Source: Candidatus Cloacimonadota bacterium
Lineage (GTDB): Bacteria > Cloacimonadota > Cloacimonadia > Cloacimonadales > WRIO01
NCBI GenBank assembly: GCA_029564175.1
Contig: JAKQQL010000439.1
Span: 1 to 10,091, forward strand
Direction of reading: 5' to 3'
Length of the DNA stretch: 10,091 bases
Made by a program: the position numbers and the translations under genes. The notes beneath the pieces are model-generated. The model was given only the letters and a program-made list of their open reading frames with translations, did not search any database and was not told where the DNA came from. This document shows, piece after piece, positions 6,102-10,091 of the stretch. How positions within the stretch are numbered: position 1 is the first letter of the stretch; each line of letters opens with the position of its first letter.

Positions 6102-8135
6102 TTATACCTTAAATGCGGCCACAAGCGCATTAAGTTCATCAGCTATCTTATGCAAATCATCAGATGCTTTTTTAGTAAGAGAGGCATCAGTGGCTGTTGA
6201 TTCAATGCTAAAAAGCATTTCTGATATGTTTTTTGTAACATCCTGAATCCCTTGACTTATTTCTACAGTATTTTTTGTGATTTCCTGAACACCTGTGCTG
6301 GCTTGAGAGCTATTGTTTGCAATTTCATGAGCTGCTTTAGCAGATTCAACTGAACTGTTTGATATTTCAGTAACAGCTTTTGTTGCTTTATTTGCATTAA
6401 CTGTAATATTTTTTGCATAATCAATCACACGGTCTATTCTGTCTTCAACATCTTTTGCATTTTTTGACATTCTGCCTGAAGAGTGAGAAATTTCTCGGGT
6501 CGTAATGTTTTGCTCTTCAATACTGGAGGCAATTACAGTATTAATTTCATTTAACTGAGTAATAATCAGTGCAATATTTTCAATAGACTTACTTGAGTTG
6601 TTAGCAGATATTTGAATTTTTTCTATTTGTGAAGCGATATTTGATGTTGCTTCAGCAGTTTGTTTGGCAAGTGATTTAACCTCATTGGCGACAACTGCGA
6701 AGCCTTTTCCTGCATCACCGGCACTGGCTGCTTCTATTGTTGCATTCAGGGCAAGCATATTGGTTTGATCTGCGATATCATTGATTAATTTAACAATCTT
6801 TCCAATTTCAACTGAGAGGATTTTCATCTCGGACATTACTTTGTTAGCAGATTGAGCTTCCTGATTTGCTTTAGTGGAGACATCAGATGCTTGTTGTGTA
6901 TTTCTGGAAATCTCATTTAAAGTAACATTCATTTCTTCAATAGCAGATGCAATTCCATGAATTTCATTAACCAGTTGATTGACTGAATTCCCTGCATCTT
7001 GAATATCTGATTCCAGATGATTTATTTCGGTTACAGTATAATTTACATTTTTACTGGTTTCTTCTGAAGCATTCGCTACCTGATTTATCGTTGCAGATAG
7101 TTCCTCTGTTGCAACAGCTACTGTAGAAACAGAGCTACTTGATTGTTCAGCCGCTGATGCAATCACATTTGCGTTAGAGCTGATTTCTTCTGATGATGCA
7201 GAAACATACTGAGACTGAAGGTTCATATTTTGAGCATTAGTAACCAAATTCTCAGCTGTTTTTGATAAATCTAAACTTTTTTGCAATAAAGTATCAGCAT
7301 TTTGGACAATAATTTTAACCACATTGTGGATTTTTTCAATAAATTTATTGAAATATAGTGCGAGCTCTCCCATTTCATCCTGAGATATAATTTCAAGCCT
7401 TTGAGTTAAATCTCCTTCACCTTCAGAAATATCCTTCAACATGATAGTTGTACTTTCAATCGGTTTTAATAGATGCTTAATCACATAATACATAAAGAAG
7501 CTAATACCAATTAGTGCTACCAATGAAACGATTACTAGAAAGATTAACGAAACTTGTATATTTTTTTTGATTAAAGAATTAACTGATTCCTGAGGTATTC
7601 CAACAAATAATATACCCATCACTTCATTTTCTGCTGACTTAATTGGTTTATAACCTGTCAGATATTTTTTTTCAAGAATAACAGCTTCTCCAATATAGGT
7701 CTTTCCGGAAGAAACATCCGGATATGCTGCACTGTCTTTCCCAAGTTTTGTCCCAACTGCTCTTTCGCCGTTATCTTTTTTGATGCTTGTGCTGATTCTT
7801 TTAAAATCATCTCCTTCTTTAATAAAAATAGTTGCCACTACATTGAGTTCTTCGCTAATTGTATCAACAAAATCAAATCTGCCTTCTAGACTTAAGTCCT
7901 GAGCATCAACTAAAGATTGGTCTTTAAAGTTAATATCACCATAAAAACGTTTGAGATATGTTTCTGATGAGTTAATATCTCCTTTTAGTTTCTCTAACAA
8001 GACTTCGTTAGAGATTTCGCTTGCCAGTACATTCATTCTGGTAATACTTATAAATGACAAAACAACAGATAAAAAGAAAAAACCTGATAAAGTAAAAAAT
8101 ATTACTTTTGTTTTTATTTTTGCATTCTTAATCAT
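6102..8135 (-). CDS. Methyl-accepting chemotaxis protein (TM - Cache_3-type sensor - TM - HAMP - extended signalling domain)
   Basis: RBS AGGAGG. Two TMs. Sensor [38 protein letters not shown]...GILFVG (sCache_3_3/Cache_3-Cache_2-like). [31 protein letters not shown]. Tip [37 protein letters not shown]. No C-terminal NWETF-like pentapeptide. Confidence 0.96.
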   Translation of the reverse strand: MIKNAKIKTKVIFFTLSGFFFLSVVLSFISITRMNVLASEISNEVLLEKLKGDINSSETYLKRFYGDINFKDQSLVDAQDLSLEGRFDFVDTISEELNVVATIFIKEGDDFKRISTSIKKDNGERAVGTKLGKDSAAYPDVSSGKTYIGEAVILEKKYLTGYKPIKSAENEVMGILFVGIPQESVNSLIKKNIQVSLIFLVIVSLVALIGISFFMYYVIKHLLKPIESTTIMLKDISEGEGDLTQRLEIISQDEMGELALYFNKFIEKIHNVVKIIVQNADTLLQKSLDLSKTAENLVTNAQNMNLQSQYVSASSEEISSNANVIASAAEQSSSSVSTVAVATEELSATINQVANASEETSKNVNYTVTEINHLESDIQDAGNSVNQLVNEIHGIASAIEEMNVTLNEISRNTQQASDVSTKANQEAQSANKVMSEMKILSVEIGKIVKLINDIADQTNMLALNATIEAASAGDAGKGFAVVANEVKSLAKQTAEATSNIASQIEKIQISANNSSKSIENIALIITQLNEINTVIASSIEEQNITTREISHSSGRMSKNAKDVEDRIDRVIDYAKNITVNANKATKAVTEISNSSVESAKAAHEIANNSSQASTGVQEITKNTVEISQGIQDVTKNISEMLFSIESTATDASLTKKASDDLHKIADELNALVAAFKV

Positions 8136-8307
8136 TTTCTATTCCTCCTATAGAGATAAGATAACAGATTTAATAAAAATAACAACTTTTTTAATTGTAA
8201 CTAAAAAAGTGTTTGGTTAGTCTGAATTTACTTTAAAAACAATTCTATAATTGCCTGTCAGTCAAAAATAAATTTTTATGTTTGTATAAGCAGAAGATAA
8301 TCTGTTT

Positions 8308-9813
8308 ATGAAAGGAGAAGTTTTGTTGGTTATATCCCTTTTACTTTTAACCTTAATTTTATTGGCAAACATTTTTCACAAAGTCAATGTGCCTTTGATT
8401 ATGATGTCATTGTTGATTGGGATTATATTTGGCAGTGATGTAACCGGTCTCATTTATTTTGATGATGCCGTATTAACAAAAAATATTGCTAATATTGCCC
8501 TGATGTTTATTCTATTCACAGGAGGATTCAGCACCAAAAAAAGTAATTTAAACTCTGTTTTAACCCCTGTATCTTTGCTTGCCACACTAGGAGTGGCTTT
8601 AACAGCAATTATCACCGCTTTACTTTTTTACCAAATAAGTGGCTGGCCATTTTACTACGCATTGTTATTGGGTTCAATACTGTCTTCAACGGATGCTACA
8701 GCTGTATTTTCTATTTTAAAGAACAAATCTGTTCAGTATCATGTAAAATCGGTAACAGAGATGGAATCTGTTTTAAATGACCCTATGGCGATAGTTTTAA
8801 CGATGTTTGTTTTAAATTTACTGAGCGGTAAAGAATTTCATATTTTAAAATCTCTTCTTCTAATTCTCTGGCAATTAGGAGGAGGCGTAGGAATCGGTTT
8901 ATTAATCGGATACCTTGCTGTTTTGGTGTTTAATAAAATACGTAGTAATGAAAAAGAATTTTTCTATGTTTATATCATCGCAATTGTATTGCTCAGTTAC
9001 AGTCTGGCTGAAATGTTTAAAGCAAGTGGCGTAATCTCCTCATTTTTTGCTGGATTTGTAATGGGTAACAGTATCATCCCATACAAAAAAGGACTTCTGG
9101 CATTTAATAACACATTGTCTTTTATCACGAATATGGGCTTATTCATTTTGTTAGGATTACTGGTGTTCCCTGCTAAATTTTCATCTATCTGGGATAAAGG
9201 AATTATTGTTTTTATCATCATCAGTTTTATTGCCAGACCGCTTTCTGTTTGGCTTTTAACCTTGTTTTCAGGGTTAAAAATAAAGGAAAAAATATTTGTC
9301 TCATGGAGTGGCATACGTGGAGCAGTTCCGATTGTTTTGGCAACCTATCCTTCCGCAGCAGGTTATGACCACAATCATGAGATTTTTAATATTGTGTTTT
9401 TTACAGTAACGCTCTCCATGTTGTTTCAGGGCACAACTCTTACTTATCTGTTGGAGAAATTTAAACTTGGCACAAAAGAGAAAGATATGTCTTCCAGAGT
9501 GATGGAATTGGTTACCATTCAGGATACAAATTATGAAGTGATTGATGTCTTTATCGATGAGACTATCTATGAGGGGACTTGTCAGATTTCTGAACTTAAA
9601 TTACCTCCGGGTACACTGGTTATTTTTCTGACCAGAGGCAAGAAAATAGTCAGTCCTTCAGGAACTACTCTGATAAAACCAAATGATACGCTCACCATAC
9701 TGGTTGAAAAAGAAAATATTGATATGATTCCCATTGAAATACTCAGAAGCTTTATTGTAAAGAGTTTTCAACATCATCCTAAAAAGGGGCTTAATGAGAG
9801 GCCGAAAGATTAA
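8308..9813 (+). CDS. nhaP2: Potassium/proton antiporter, CPA1 NhaP2/CvrA family, with C-terminal RCK_C (TrkA-C) domain
   Basis: About 12-13 TMs. Motifs LSSTDATAVFSIL, EMESVLNDPMA, ARPLSV and SWSGIRGAVPIVLATYP. The C-terminal segment ISELKLPPGTLVIFLTRGKKIVSPSGTTLIKPNDTLTIL matches RCK_C. Confidence 0.93.
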   Translation: MKGEVLLVISLLLLTLILLANIFHKVNVPLIMMSLLIGIIFGSDVTGLIYFDDAVLTKNIANIALMFILFTGGFSTKKSNLNSVLTPVSLLATLGVALTAIITALLFYQISGWPFYYALLLGSILSSTDATAVFSILKNKSVQYHVKSVTEMESVLNDPMAIVLTMFVLNLLSGKEFHILKSLLLILWQLGGGVGIGLLIGYLAVLVFNKIRSNEKEFFYVYIIAIVLLSYSLAEMFKASGVISSFFAGFVMGNSIIPYKKGLLAFNNTLSFITNMGLFILLGLLVFPAKFSSIWDKGIIVFIIISFIARPLSVWLLTLFSGLKIKEKIFVSWSGIRGAVPIVLATYPSAAGYDHNHEIFNIVFFTVTLSMLFQGTTLTYLLEKFKLGTKEKDMSSRVMELVTIQDTNYEVIDVFIDETIYEGTCQISELKLPPGTLVIFLTRGKKIVSPSGTTLIKPNDTLTILVEKENIDMIPIEILRSFIVKSFQHHPKKGLNERPKD

Positions 9814-10036
9814 TCAAGCGTTTATAAAAATGAAGATAAGACAACTGATACAGACAAACAAGAACTGCTTATAACGTCTAAATACCAATAAAACGCATGA
9901 TCAGAAAAATCAACAATGAAAGGGTTGCTCCCAAATATATATGACGAATGTAACTCATCTTTCCGACATGTAAGTCCTTGATAAATTTATTTAAAAACAG
10001 ACACACTATCATGATAACTTTCATATTTTAAGTATG

Positions 10037-10090
10037 TTATGCAATTTCTTTATTTTGATACAATTCTGCTTCAACGATTTTATCTTCATA
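10037..10090 (-). CDS. Probable 3' end of a gene entering from the right edge (unknown product)
   Basis: Open frame from the edge: YEDKIVEAELYQNKEIA-TAA (stop at 10039-10037). Protein-like composition, but only 17 codons are visible. Confidence 0.4.
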   Translation of the reverse strand, partial: YEDKIVEAELYQNKEIA

Positions 10091-10091
10091 C

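Noticed and set aside
7951..8220. 89-aa plus-strand ORF
   Set aside because: Mostly antisense to the chemoreceptor N-terminus, with no motifs.
8136..8307. sigma28 (FliA) promoter for the chemoreceptor, or a clear sigma70 promoter for the antiporter
   Set aside because: No GCCGATAA-like element on the minus strand. TATAAT at 8246-8251 has no properly spaced -35 that I can support.
8997..9314. 105-aa minus-strand ORF
   Set aside because: Antisense shadow of the antiporter TM region.
9814..10036. Riboswitch or ncRNA in the right-hand intergenic region
   Set aside because: Only weak local pairing and no consensus I recognise. An Rfam/Infernal scan would be decisive.

Overview
AT-rich bacterial genomic window. 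No rRNA, tRNA, CRISPR array or transposase is visible. The minus strand carries, right to left: (1) a transmembrane chemoreceptor (Cache sensor, HAMP, unusually long ~58-heptad signalling domain) with its own terminator. (2) A four-gene cluster: a secreted, C-terminally anchored Ig-like/NEW3-type protein, two paralogous ABC-2-type permeases with large extracytoplasmic loops, and an ABC ATPase. It is preceded by a sigma54-like promoter with two tandem dyad sites and ends in an intrinsic terminator. (3) A separately promoted YoaP-like GNAT acetyltransferase that runs off the left edge and is missing from the ORF track. The plus strand carries a CPA1 K+/H+ antiporter (NhaP2/CvrA family with RCK_C). 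The most notable observation is that the Ig-like protein of the ABC cluster begins with an alpha-hairpin spaced like the MacA/AcrA 'RLS' tip, yet lacks the rest of a membrane fusion protein, which suggests a non-canonical envelope transport system. Also notable are a REP/REPIN-like inverted doublet inside the cluster and the extended receptor. All domain calls are by-eye motif recognition; no searches were run.
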